DNA of 64,000 nt from a virus, in the IMG/VR virus record IMGVR_UViG_3300037427_004270; one strand, 5' to 3'. Below the pieces are notes generated by a model. It had not been told where the DNA came from. It did no database searches and saw only the letters and a program-made list of their open reading frames with translations. The position numbers and the translations under genes are program-made. Below, piece after piece: positions 25,231 to 36,400 of this stretch. Numbering within the stretch: position 1 is the stretch's first letter; each line of letters opens with the position of its first letter.

Positions 25231-28104
25231 TTAATCATCGAAGGAAGCGCCACTTCTTTGAATAACAAAGTCAATAGCAATGAACTCGACGGCTCTAGTA
25301 GGCTTCAACATAACCTTTGCATAAAGGATGTTTCTGTCTACCAAGTCTGGAGTTGTTGTTGTTTCATCCAAGACGACTCGGAAGTCTTCTAGGCCAAAAC
25401 GCTGTTTGATATCGTCCAAGAAAGGTACTGCTTGGTTCGTAAAACGTTCCCAAGTAACTTTCGTGTTTGGATCAAACAGAAGTCTCGCTGCAATGTTGGA
25501 GATGCCCTTCTTAACGTGAATCATCAACCTACGAACATTAATTCTGTCGAGAGCGGATGGGGTCACTTGTAAGGTCTTCTGACCAAACATGACAATCCCT
25601 TCTGCTGGAAACTTTGCAATGGGGTTAACATTTCTTTCGTACAACTTATCTCTGTTGCGCTTTGTCAATGTTTCCCTAACGCCAGTAATGCTAATGCCTG
25701 CAGCGCCTTGATCTAAGCCACCTCTGGTAAAACCAGCAGGAGCAAACCAAGGAGCGTCGTTAGCGTCAACCGAGGAGAAGGTTCCAATAGCTGCGACTGA
25801 TGGGGGTACCCAAATGCCGCCGCCTTCGTTTGTTTGAACCCAAGGATAGAAAGTACAAGCATAGCTTGAGTTAATTCCTCGTGTCTTCAAGGCGCTCAAA
25901 GTAGTTGAAACACTTCCTAAGCGGTTTGCTTCTGTTGCGGAGCTTTCGTGTGCGGCGATATAACCGTTTTCTAAGTCAACAACAGCTAGAGCATCAGCTC
26001 TCTCTTCGCAGACCTGAATGATTCTATCGGTAACAGTAGTATTTGTGATACCAGGAGCTGAAAGAGCATTCATCTCAACAACTTCTGGATCTTGCACTGT
26101 GTCGATAGCGCGGGTCATCGTGTGTTTTGCATAATTTGTTTTTTCTGTTCCCGAACCCAACGTGGTGTTGGAGAATGGGTCTTTTTTCTTAACGTTGACG
26201 CCATCAAAGCCACCTGCCAATGGCAAGGTGAATGAGTCAAAGCCTGCATCAAGAACGTGGTTATAAGCTGCAGAGCCAGTCACGCCAGGGCCTGCCGCCG
26301 TAAGGGACGATCCCGCTTTACGGCTACCTGCTTGATAGAGAGCGTCTGCTTCTACACCCGAAGAACTAGATACATACTTTACATCATCCAAGGAAAACTT
26401 AACAGAGTATTGAGTCTTGTTGGCCACTGGGTTGTGCGTATCATAAGAGGTTGGCAACATCTTCAAGATGTCAAGGTTACTCTTGTCAAAATCATTAGTG
26501 CTCTTCATCGTAGAGTCAAAGCCAAAATATGCTGCCTTTGCATTTCCCGCTGAAAGTCCGTCCGAGGAGCTAACTCTGAGTGCCATAGAAGGAGCAGCAA
26601 GTTGAAGGGATGCCCAGGATACTTTCGCGCCTGCGTTTGTAGCATAGTTGGTTGACAACGTAATGTTAACGCCTGCGGAACCTGTGTTTCCTGTACCAAA
26701 GTGAGAGCCTGTTATGTAGTCTGTTGGCACAACGCCATCAAAAAGTGAGCCTGTGATGCCCAAGTTTGTGATGCGAGAGCCAGATATGTGGGAGTGTCCC
26801 AAAAAGCCGAAAGGAAGAAGCTTCTCATCAGCCGCCGCTTTTTCGACTGCATCTGAAACTTTAACGCGAATATATTGTGAAACGTTTGTGTGATTGCCGT
26901 ATTCCTTGAAGCGGCGTTCGGTAGCATCCCACTCCTTGTATACGTCTCCGATCTTCCTGGAGATAAAATTGTCAGAATTGGGGTCCAAGTTACAGTTAGT
27001 GTAACTTTCTAAGATTGTTGGGTTGCCGTCGTAGTCTTCCATGCTTCTAACCAAGACGCTAAAAGTGCCGTACTTGTTGAACCTGTTCGTTGAAGGTTTA
27101 ATATCCGAAATAGAAATTTTAACTTTTCTTTGGATCTCTTCACCGCCATCTAGGGCATGAAATTTAAATAAGGTGTTCATATTAGCAGGATCGAAGCTGC
27201 CAGTGCTTACTGACATATCCTGTGAGATGATCCATCCTGTCTGAGCAGTTTTATATCCTGTTCTGTGCCCATGCCCATTTTCAATCGTCGTGATGAAGGC
27301 ATAAGAAGACGCAGGGTTTCCGGCTGCTGCGAATGCATCCTCTACTGCTCTATCGAATGTTTGTCCCAACCAATATTTCTTTCTGTCGGCAACTGCAAGA
27401 GCGTCCGAGTCAAGAGAAGTTGGGTTTGTGTTGAAGACGTTTCTAATATATTTTTCGTCTCCAGCTCCCTGAAAATTGAATGAGGCAGTGATAACGCTGT
27501 TGGTGCCGTCTTCGACAACAACCTTGAATTCGTCTCTGTTGGTTGACTTCGCCAAGTGAAGAATGCCTTTGTCTGCTGGGATGGCTGTCCCCAAGGCGTC
27601 AGTGCCTTGAAGTCGAACACTACCTTGGTTGGTATACCAAACTGCAGCCAAAGTTCCCGTCATGTTAAGCGAAGCACTAGGGATAATAAAAAGTCCCATT
27701 GCGCCACCGTGATTAGCCTTAGTAGCGTTTGGTGTGTTGGTGGTATCCCAACCTGCGGCACCCGCTGTGGTTGCCTGTGGGTGCTGAACACCCAAAAGTC
27801 TTACGATGCTCAAGCCAGCAGAGTTTGCCAACCAAGCCTTCGCAGCTAAAGTACTATACATTGGAGAGGTCTTGTTGCCGTTTCTCCATACATCGTCACT
27901 GTTACCGCCAGTGATAACGTCACCGAATAACATTGAATATTCTAATTGAGAGTTGACCTTTACTGGTCGCATGCCAGGGCCTCGGTCTGTTCTTCCGATA
28001 AGAACAGGGCCAACTGGGGCTGCCTCTCTAGGGAGACGAGAGTTATCTATCTCATCTAAAAATACGCCTGGTGATACAAATCTAAACTTTCGAACGTTTG
28101 CCAT
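25231..28104 (-). CDS. tail sheath protein (gp18-like)
   Basis: FVSPGVFLDEID, PWFAPAGFTRG, RDKLYERNVNPI, FGQKTLQ...SALDRINVRRL, KPTRAVEFIAIDF. Confidence 0.95.
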   Translation of the reverse strand: MANVRKFRFVSPGVFLDEIDNSRLPREAAPVGPVLIGRTDRGPGMRPVKVNSQLEYSMLFGDVITGGNSDDVWRNGNKTSPMYSTLAAKAWLANSAGLSIVRLLGVQHPQATTAGAAGWDTTNTPNATKANHGGAMGLFIIPSASLNMTGTLAAVWYTNQGSVRLQGTDALGTAIPADKGILHLAKSTNRDEFKVVVEDGTNSVITASFNFQGAGDEKYIRNVFNTNPTSLDSDALAVADRKKYWLGQTFDRAVEDAFAAAGNPASSYAFITTIENGHGHRTGYKTAQTGWIISQDMSVSTGSFDPANMNTLFKFHALDGGEEIQRKVKISISDIKPSTNRFNKYGTFSVLVRSMEDYDGNPTILESYTNCNLDPNSDNFISRKIGDVYKEWDATERRFKEYGNHTNVSQYIRVKVSDAVEKAAADEKLLPFGFLGHSHISGSRITNLGITGSLFDGVVPTDYITGSHFGTGNTGSAGVNITLSTNYATNAGAKVSWASLQLAAPSMALRVSSSDGLSAGNAKAAYFGFDSTMKSTNDFDKSNLDILKMLPTSYDTHNPVANKTQYSVKFSLDDVKYVSSSSGVEADALYQAGSRKAGSSLTAAGPGVTGSAAYNHVLDAGFDSFTLPLAGGFDGVNVKKKDPFSNTTLGSGTEKTNYAKHTMTRAIDTVQDPEVVEMNALSAPGITNTTVTDRIIQVCEERADALAVVDLENGYIAAHESSATEANRLGSVSTTLSALKTRGINSSYACTFYPWVQTNEGGGIWVPPSVAAIGTFSSVDANDAPWFAPAGFTRGGLDQGAAGISITGVRETLTKRNRDKLYERNVNPIAKFPAEGIVMFGQKTLQVTPSALDRINVRRLMIHVKKGISNIAARLLFDPNTKVTWERFTNQAVPFLDDIKQRFGLEDFRVVLDETTTTPDLVDRNILYAKVMLKPTRAVEFIAIDFVIQRSGASFDD

Positions 28105-28166
28105 TATAAAGTCTCCTCAAGGAATCTCCTTTATTGTCACAAAAAAATAAAGGGCTTTTACATGTA

Positions 28167-28175
28167 ATAAGTAGT
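28167..28175 (-). promoter_or_regulatory. putative late promoter motif ACTACTTAT
   Basis: In the intergenic gap upstream of the sheath gene. Confidence 0.5.
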
Positions 28176-28211
28176 CTAAGATATTCCCAAATGCTCGCTG
28201 CAGCGCAAAAA

Positions 28212-29033
28212 TCAAAGTTTTTTGTCAATATCTTCTTCTAAAATTGCTCTTTCTCTACCAATTTTAATTTCCACAGCGTTTTGATACTTTGCTATTTTTG
28301 GGCGATTATCAGAATCAACTTCTGTGAACGTGTAGCCAATAACTTGGAAATCTATGTTAGTGACATAGACCCTTTCGCCCTCGCCAATGTTTGAAATATT
28401 ATTCTCATATGAAAAGTTCTGATCATAAAACGCTTCATATGCATGGCCGTCATGCTCAACATAAAAGCTGTTTAAATTTCCGGGTCGAACCAAGAAAGGT
28501 TGAGACATTTTATTCATGTGTTGTTGGTATTCTGTCCTAAGAGTTACCTTGTAGTTCACAAGCATATAGACGGGAGCAGGTATTGCGAGAGTCTCGTAGA
28601 CAACCCTGTCATTCTTTCCCCTCATATTAACTTGGTTTGTTTTTGATAGTGCCTTAGCAGAAGCAAACTCACTCGTCTTGTCTTGTTTGATTCTTTTGTG
28701 AATATTGTACGCGCCACCCTGAACCTTGTCGTAAGGCATAATAAGAGACTGAAGTCTGCCTCTTCTTTGAAGATCTTTTTGGATAGATGTCCTCTCAACT
28801 GTTATGAGTGGATAAATGAGTGCTCCCTCGCTATCTCTCAGATCTTTATTGTTCTTTACTTGATATGCCCTCTCTGCAGTTACCCACAGAACTGGAACTT
28901 TCTTAAAGCCCTTGTTTGTGTCTACATGTATATCCATAGATTTATCAACCCACTGATAGAAGGCATAGTCTATTGTTTCTAGAGTCGATGGCTCTATTAA
29001 TGGAATATCTTCAATGTCTTTTTCTTTTGCCAT
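28212..29033 (-). CDS. tail terminator / sheath stabiliser (gp15-like)
   Basis: 273 aa; KVPVLW..AER, LIYPLITVER, P.PVY..VNY.V.LRTEYQ; sits between the neck and sheath genes. Confidence 0.65.
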   Translation of the reverse strand: MAKEKDIEDIPLIEPSTLETIDYAFYQWVDKSMDIHVDTNKGFKKVPVLWVTAERAYQVKNNKDLRDSEGALIYPLITVERTSIQKDLQRRGRLQSLIMPYDKVQGGAYNIHKRIKQDKTSEFASAKALSKTNQVNMRGKNDRVVYETLAIPAPVYMLVNYKVTLRTEYQQHMNKMSQPFLVRPGNLNSFYVEHDGHAYEAFYDQNFSYENNISNIGEGERVYVTNIDFQVIGYTFTEVDSDNRPKIAKYQNAVEIKIGRERAILEEDIDKKL

Positions 29034-29036
29034 ATT

Positions 29037-30470
29037 TTATAACCCGCCAAATACCGATGGGAACCAAACCCCGTTTTCGTTGAAGTAGTGTTTGTTTGCT
29101 CTAACAAACGGGCCAATACTTCCTGAACTGCCCGTATTACTAATATAAATAGCTCTGCCAGAGTAAGAAGCCGAGTTTGCGTTGAAGTTAGTCAATATAG
29201 CGCGGTCTTCTTGGTTGTTTCCGTTTAGGTGCAGAATGTCATGAAGATCCGGCTTGGATACACTGGCAGTATTCGCAACCGATGTATTAAGGCTGCTAAA
29301 GGAGGAAGGAAACCAGACTCCATTTTCGTTGAAATAAAATTTTCTCGGTATCGTAAACGGACCCACTGGACTCGATGCTGTATTAGCAAGGTAAATTATC
29401 TTACTAGAATAAGAGCTCGCGCTGACATTATAAAGAGTCAACAATGCGCGGTGGTTGCCGCCTGCTCCGTCGTCACTAAGAACAAGAATGCCGTTCCCCG
29501 TAGTGATAACTGTACTTGTTCCTCCGCCAGAACCCAGTGCTGACCAAGAGCCGTTCTGATAAAACTGAAAAACATTATCTGTAGTGTTGTATATCATTGT
29601 CCCGTTAGCGTTACTGATACTGTTTCGCTGCGTTGTTGTCATTCTGGGAATAACAACTCCTCCGGTTGTTGAGCTGATATTAAGCGTACTTCCGTCAAAA
29701 GTTAAATTGGCCTCGCCCTGCAGCGTCGATGAATTAACTCCTGTGAGAATTCTATTATCAGCACCATTGTTGAAAGTCAGGCTGCCGCCGCCTGAGCCTG
29801 TTGTTTCCGCCACCATCTTGCCGACATATAGGAAGCCCCTAGCGTGTGTTGGTATACGACTTGCTTGATAGTCCTGAAGGAATACGATACCACTGTAATA
29901 ATCTATTTGCCAGTCTGTTTCATCAAGAGAAGTAATTTCATTCGTGGCGTCAGTTGGATCTCCCTTGTACAGTTTAAGATAATAAGGGTTTGCACCTTCG
30001 TTTGAAAAGCTGGGTGGTATTAGTTGCACCTTTCCCAAAGTCTCATAAACTGTTTTATCATCATCGAAATATCCGTTTCCGGCCTTGGAGTTGCTCGAAA
30101 GAGATTCATAGTTCCCGGTCATCACAAGTTTGTATCCATGTGTACCTGCAGAAGTTGCCTCGTCGCCACCACCGAAGCCGACATTACCAAACGAGCCTGT
30201 GTTCGCATCGTATGATGTTCCGGAAATTGCCTCCACTTTGAAGTTGACATATTCAACAGTTGCGCTTGCCCCTGCTGATGCACTTTGCAAGGCATATAAG
30301 GTGAGAGAAGGGTTCTCCGGTATAGTTTCGCCAAAGATAGTTTGAGAAGAAACTTGAATATTGCTAGGTATAGATTCTTGTGCGTCTGACTTTAGGTTTG
30401 AGGTGTGAGCTCTTCCTAGTAATTTCTTTTGTGAGAACAGAGTTGCAGTTAAATTAGTTTTTCCGGCCAT
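29037..30470 (-). CDS. virion (neck/collar) fibre-associated protein with two copies of a shared C-terminal domain
   Basis: IPRMTTTQRNSI...GTMIYNTTDNVFQFYQNGSW fibre motif, then two repeats ending K(F/H)YFNENGVWFPS. Confidence 0.75.
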   Translation of the reverse strand: MAGKTNLTATLFSQKKLLGRAHTSNLKSDAQESIPSNIQVSSQTIFGETIPENPSLTLYALQSASAGASATVEYVNFKVEAISGTSYDANTGSFGNVGFGGGDEATSAGTHGYKLVMTGNYESLSSNSKAGNGYFDDDKTVYETLGKVQLIPPSFSNEGANPYYLKLYKGDPTDATNEITSLDETDWQIDYYSGIVFLQDYQASRIPTHARGFLYVGKMVAETTGSGGGSLTFNNGADNRILTGVNSSTLQGEANLTFDGSTLNISSTTGGVVIPRMTTTQRNSISNANGTMIYNTTDNVFQFYQNGSWSALGSGGGTSTVITTGNGILVLSDDGAGGNHRALLTLYNVSASSYSSKIIYLANTASSPVGPFTIPRKFYFNENGVWFPSSFSSLNTSVANTASVSKPDLHDILHLNGNNQEDRAILTNFNANSASYSGRAIYISNTGSSGSIGPFVRANKHYFNENGVWFPSVFGGL

Positions 30471-30477
30471 GTCTTAA

Positions 30478-33400
30478 TTATGATCCATATGTAAAAGATA
30501 TTCTAGATAAATAGCCTGTCCAGTCTTTGTGGGCAGTTATTCTTACTAATAAATAGTCTGCATTTCCTCCTGAAGTGCCTTCTAGAGTTGCTGTACGAAA
30601 GTTTATTCCGTATGAAGTGCCGCTACCGTCCACTGTCTGGTCCACATCGGCACCGCCGCCATTGTACCCACCGGAGCCATCTGTGGCAATATTTTCCGAC
30701 AAAGATGCTGGCCTTGCCATGTCTAGCCAGCCTGAATCTCCTGGTATTTTCACTTCCAGGTGAAAGTTCTTGCTTGCACCAAGAGAGCCTGTGTTGAATG
30801 CCCCACCTTTCGATATGAGGTTTGCATCTCCGCGCAAGGTTACAGTTGCCAAAGATACGTCGCCAACCTGGTTTGATCGAAAGTATCTGTAATATTCTCT
30901 TGTTGCAGCTGTTAGTGTTGAATAGTTCGGGTTTCCTGTGGGTGCCTGCAATGCTCCGCCATCATTAGCGCAGCGGAAGTCTCCAGACAAGCCACCAGTG
31001 AGAGGGGACATCAGTTTATCATTATATATTAACATCCCATTTGAATAAGTCGCATTGCCTCCGGCGTCATTAATGCTGACCGTTGAGCTCCATGCGTTAC
31101 CCGCATTAGTCACACTGTTTTGTGTCGCGTAACTACCAGACTGTAGCCTGTAGACCTCGCCATCAAAATGTTCAGTGGAGTTCAAGTCTGAACTTTGGCT
31201 TCCACTGAAAACTAAAAAGCTGTGCTTGCTTAATGTTGAAGTAGTGAGGTTTGACTTTAGGGGGTGCTTAACTCTGGACGAGACAGATGCAGTATGAGCT
31301 GTTGTTGCATGTGCACCGACCAATGAAGCCGACGGGTCGAACGTTATTGTTCCGGTGATCTGAAGTACTTGGTCTTGTGAGTTCGCAGTTGTTGCTAAAG
31401 CTGGCAAGGCTTTTGTTGCACCAGAGGTTGTGCCTGTGGAAGCAAGCCCTGAGCCGAAAGTTCCGATATGTGAAACAGTTGTGTTTGTTGTGGTGGGAAA
31501 CGAAATACCATCAGAAGATCTGTAATATACATTCTTATATACGTTCGAAGCTGCATAGGTAAACGAAGCAGAACAATCAACAAAGTACCTCACTCCAGAC
31601 AAGGAATAGAATACGCTACCCGAAAAGTTTGTTAAATTTGTAGCAGCAGCAGATAAGGCGTTGCTATCAGGGTCATTAACCCACTCTACATAATTTGTAA
31701 TAGTCTGACTAATACCAGATCCAGTATGAACAACCCTTGCATAATTCCAGCCATTTCTCTGGTCTGCTGCTCCAACTTGATATTTTCCTGTTCTGTAGAT
31801 TTTTGTATAATCTGGCAAACTATTGCCCGAATACAACCCTGGCTTATAAATACTCAGACTAACAAAACCTGAGCTGTTTGCATTTAATTCGCTGTCTGTT
31901 CCTGAGCCTGGGTTTCCTGACCCGACACTGGCACTGGCTAGGTCTATCGTATGAACAACCGCACCGTTCACTTCCAGTTTCAAACTTCCGGTTGCAGCAT
32001 TCTTAAAAGAGTTCGCAACATAACTTGTTCCATTTGCAGATATATCTTCATTGAGTTCGCCGTCTATAACTGTGGTGCCATCAAAGACACCAGCAATGTC
32101 GCCACTATCAAGAAAGTTACCGTTAAGATCAACAGCAGAGTTTCCAGTGTTTGTTGATACATTTGTGTATCCAGTGACGCCCTTTGAAGACCCAAAAGAA
32201 AGCTTAACGTCTGTGCCCGAATCATTGATGTCAATGTCGTCAAGGGCAGGGGCCTCAGTAGGGGCTGTTCCCGTACCTGCGCCGAAGGCTACAACAATGT
32301 CATCGACATAGCCGGTCCAAGATGTGTCTGCCTCTATTTTTAAAACAACATCGTCGCCATTCCCAACACCCTTTGTTCCGAAAGTTACATAGTTGGTAGC
32401 ATCAACTGAGTTGTCAAAAGCAAGAACATATGCTCCCGAACCTGCCGAAGTCTGATCATAAGTAAAAGCGGCAGCAACGTCCATGAAGCCAGTTGATCCT
32501 GGAATCTTAATGAATGCCCTAATTCTACCTGAGTTAAGTGCTGTTCCTGCTGGGACTATGGTCGTTCCACTGCCCTCGATTGTCAAGGTGATGTCTCTCT
32601 TGGTTGCTCCAGTAGAGTTACGGAAGTACCTAAAGAATGTTCTAGTTCCTGACTCTCCGGAATAGTTTGGGTTTCCAGCTGGTGCCAGTCCGAATGGACC
32701 TCCTTCAGAGTTGTCTCGGAAATCCCCACTCTGAATTGTGTTCAGTGGAGAATATAGCCTTGCACTGTATAGTTGCAGGCCGTCGGAATGTGTACCTGAT
32801 GCGGTCATGTGAGTTTGCGAGTTCCATGTGCCACTATCTACATCGGATTGAGAATCATAAGAACCAGAGAACAAGCGATAAGTTTCTTCTTTAAACCGCT
32901 CTCTTAGTGCTGTTGAGTTTCCAGACGGGTTATAAATTAAGATACCAGTAGAGCTTGCAGAACCACCGTTGGACAAGTCCGATTTCAATGGGTGTGCAAC
33001 ATTCACAGAAGATTGAATGGAGCCACTCAATGATTGTGTGCTAGTTGTTGCACTTCCTGTTATCTTCAGTACCTTTGTCTCGTCTTCTCCCGCGCCAAAG
33101 TTTAGCTCAGGAAAAGCTTGTGCGGATATAGAACAGTTGGTGGTAGTAAAAGATATATTCTGTGATGTGTATACATTCCTATATGCATTGCTAACCTCGA
33201 CAATATAGTTCGCTGATGCGCTTTTAAAATACTGTACCCCTGAGAGATATTTGCCGCCAAGTCCTGTCTCGTTTGCAAAACGAGCGTTGCTAGCTGCCAA
33301 AGCATTTGAGTTGTTGTCGTTAACCCACTGCACAAAGTTTGTTGTTTTGCTGCCCCATGAACCTGAGTGTTTTACCTGTGCATAGTTTAGGCCATTCCTT

Positions 33401-36400
33401 TGGTCTGCTGTGTGCACTCGATATTTTGCAGTCCTGTGTTGGAAAATACTAAAGGCATTCTGACTTCTGTCTTCTGCTGATGCAGTTACTGATACGTTTA
33501 TAAACCCTGAACCGTCTCCATTGACGTGAGTTCCTGCTCCAGAGCCTGGATTTCCGGAACCAATTGCTGAGGACGTTAAGTTGATGCTATGCTCAAGAGT
33601 TCCGTTAACATAAAGCTCTAGAATTCCTACCTCTGCGTTCCCGAAAGAATCTACTGGGTAATTGTTTACAGCGTTGTCGTAGGTGTCTGCAGTGACGTGA
33701 AAGTTGACAATGCCCTCTATATTGGAAGCTCCGTTGTAAGTTCCTCGGCGGAAGTCATCTCCAGATGTTGCAGATTCATATGTGCCGGTGACATTTAATG
33801 CAGAAAATGAACCTATAGAGGATACGTTCGTATATCCCGAAATTGCATTAGAGGAGCCAAAAGATAATTTTGAGGAAACGCCTGCCCCAGTTGAAGCATT
33901 TATTCTACTGACATCAGGTGCTGGGGATGGTGCTAAGATTTTTAATATCTCGTTAAACCTATCGACTGCAGTGCCGACTGGGGTTGTGGATATAAAGTCC
34001 GTAAAAAGGCCGTCGGTGTATGTGCCGTCTTCAGCTGTACCAATGTTTCCGGAACCACTAGCTGCACTACCAGAAGCTGCAGAGATCGTTACCTGTCCGG
34101 ATGATCCAGTAACCAAAGATATGTTAGACCCTGCTCTAAGATAAGCAGTGCCATCTCTAAGTTTTGTCAAAGAGCCTGTTATCGAAGTGGAAATCATGTT
34201 TCCAATTGTTATATTGTTTGTAGTTACACTTCCATTGTCTGTAACTTGATCAAGAGTGGATGCGGTGGATATGCCTGTTAGATTTGAGCCGTCGCCATAA
34301 AAAGCAGAGGCAGAAATGTTTACGGATGCCGATAAGTTTCCTGTGATTGTGGCATTACCAGTATGACTCCCGTCCCATTCTGCAGTGACGCCTGTTAGAT
34401 TTGATCCGTCGCCATAAAAGGCGGATGCTGATATATTTGCCGAGGCAGAAATTCCTGCAACAGATAATGTCCCTGTTGTAGTGGCTCCTCTGGCTACCAC
34501 AGTAGAGAGAGTGTCTGTTTCGGCGTAATAACTGGCAGTAGAAGCAAGAGCAACTGCGCCTGCAACATTGCTTCCAGTGATATAAGATGCAGTAAATGCA
34601 CTTGCAACCGTTCCAACAACATTGGAAGCACTTATCGAATTGGCGAGGCCTGCAGTCGTTGCAAAAGAGGCGGTGATACCTGTCAAGTTTGAGCCGTCTC
34701 CGTAAAAAGCGGAACCAGATACATTCCCTGTGATTGTGGCATTGCCAGTGTGGGTACCATCCCACTCTGCAGTGACGCCTGTTAGATTTGATCCGTCGCC
34801 ATAAAAGGCGGATGCTGATATATTCACAGATGCTGAAATGCCTCCTACAGACAAGGTTCCTGTTGTCTGGGGGTTTCTTGAGACTACAGTATGGAGAGTG
34901 TCTGTTTCGACATAATAACTAGCAGTAGAGGCAAGGGCCACTGGGCCAACAACGTTGCTGCCAGTAACAAAAGAAGCAGTAAACGCACTTGCCACTGTTC
35001 CATCAATATTGGAAGCACTCACTGAGTTGGCTAGCCCTGCCATCTTTGCATAAGAGGCAGTGAGTATAAAAGATGCTGTTTGTGCATTTGTTGCATTTGC
35101 TGCACTTGCAACTGTGCCAGAGATGTTTGAAGCAAGAACATAGCTCGCAGTTAACGCAGTCACAACATAAGATGCAGTTTGTGCATTAATAGCGTTTGTG
35201 GCGTTTGCCACTGTTCCGAAGACTTTGCTCCCAGTAATAAAGGAGGCGGTAAATGCATTCGCGACTGTACCGACAACGTTGCTGCCTGTAATAAACGAAG
35301 CAGTAAACGCACTTGCCACTGTTCCGACGACGTTCGAGGCGCTTACTGAATTAGCGAGCTGTGCGGTCGTTGCAAAAGAGGCAGTCTGTGCGTTAACTGC
35401 GTTTGTCGCATTTGCAACTGTTCCGACAATGTTACCTGCTGTTATGTTTGTTAAGTTCGCGCCTGATCCATAAAATGCGGAAGCAGATATGTTTAACGAT
35501 GCTGACAGAGAGCCTTGTATAGTCGCGTTGCCAACATGACTTCCATCCCACTCTGCAGTGACTCCAGTAATGCCAGAACCATCGCCGACAAAAGCAGATG
35601 CTGAGATATGGCCAGAAGCGGATAAGTTTGCTGTTACAGCTAGACTACCAGTGATGGAGGCACTCCCGACGTGGCTACCATCCCACTCTGCGGTGACTCC
35701 AGTGATATTTGCACCATCGCCGTAAAATGCTGATGCTGAGATATTTGCTGATGCTGAGATGCCTCCCACCGACAAAGTTGCCGTTGTGGTTGCCCCTCTT
35801 GCAGCCACAGTGGAGAGAGTGTCTGTTTCGGCGTAATAACTGGCAGTGGATGCCAGTGCAACTGCTCCGGTGACATTGCTTCCCAGAATATAAGAAGCAG
35901 TATGGGCCAAAGAAGCAGTATGAGCCAAAGAAGCAGTATGAGCCAAAGAAGCAGTGTGTGCGTTGTCTATTGTGCCAGTGAGTGTCGTAGTGGATGCAAT
36001 TGTTATCTCATTTGCATTGGAAGTTATGGTTACGTTGTTCCCTTCCTTAAAAGACTTAAATTGTAGCTCTGATCCCACTTTTTTGGCAAATGCGCCTTCT
36101 CCAGAGCCCAAATTCTTTACTGTGTTCTTTTCGCCCTCTACTTTTTGGATAAAAGACGCATTTTCGCATGCAGTAAGTGAATTTTCGTCTATTTCGTCGC
36201 CTGCAGGGACTTTCTTCTTACTTAAAGTGAAAACTCCCTGTCTAGCCCTGATACACTCTGCTATAATTTCGTATTTGTTGTTTACTTGTCCAAATAATAG
36301 CCTTGGGCTCTTCAAAATGGTGATTTCGTACAGAATATTGCCATATAAAAGGTAATCGCCCTCTCTTACAAACAAATTCTGGTCTTCAGTGAGTCTTTTC

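Noticed and set aside
35893-35961. CRISPR array
   Set aside because: Contiguous in-frame 18-bp repeats without spacers; no cas genes in the window.
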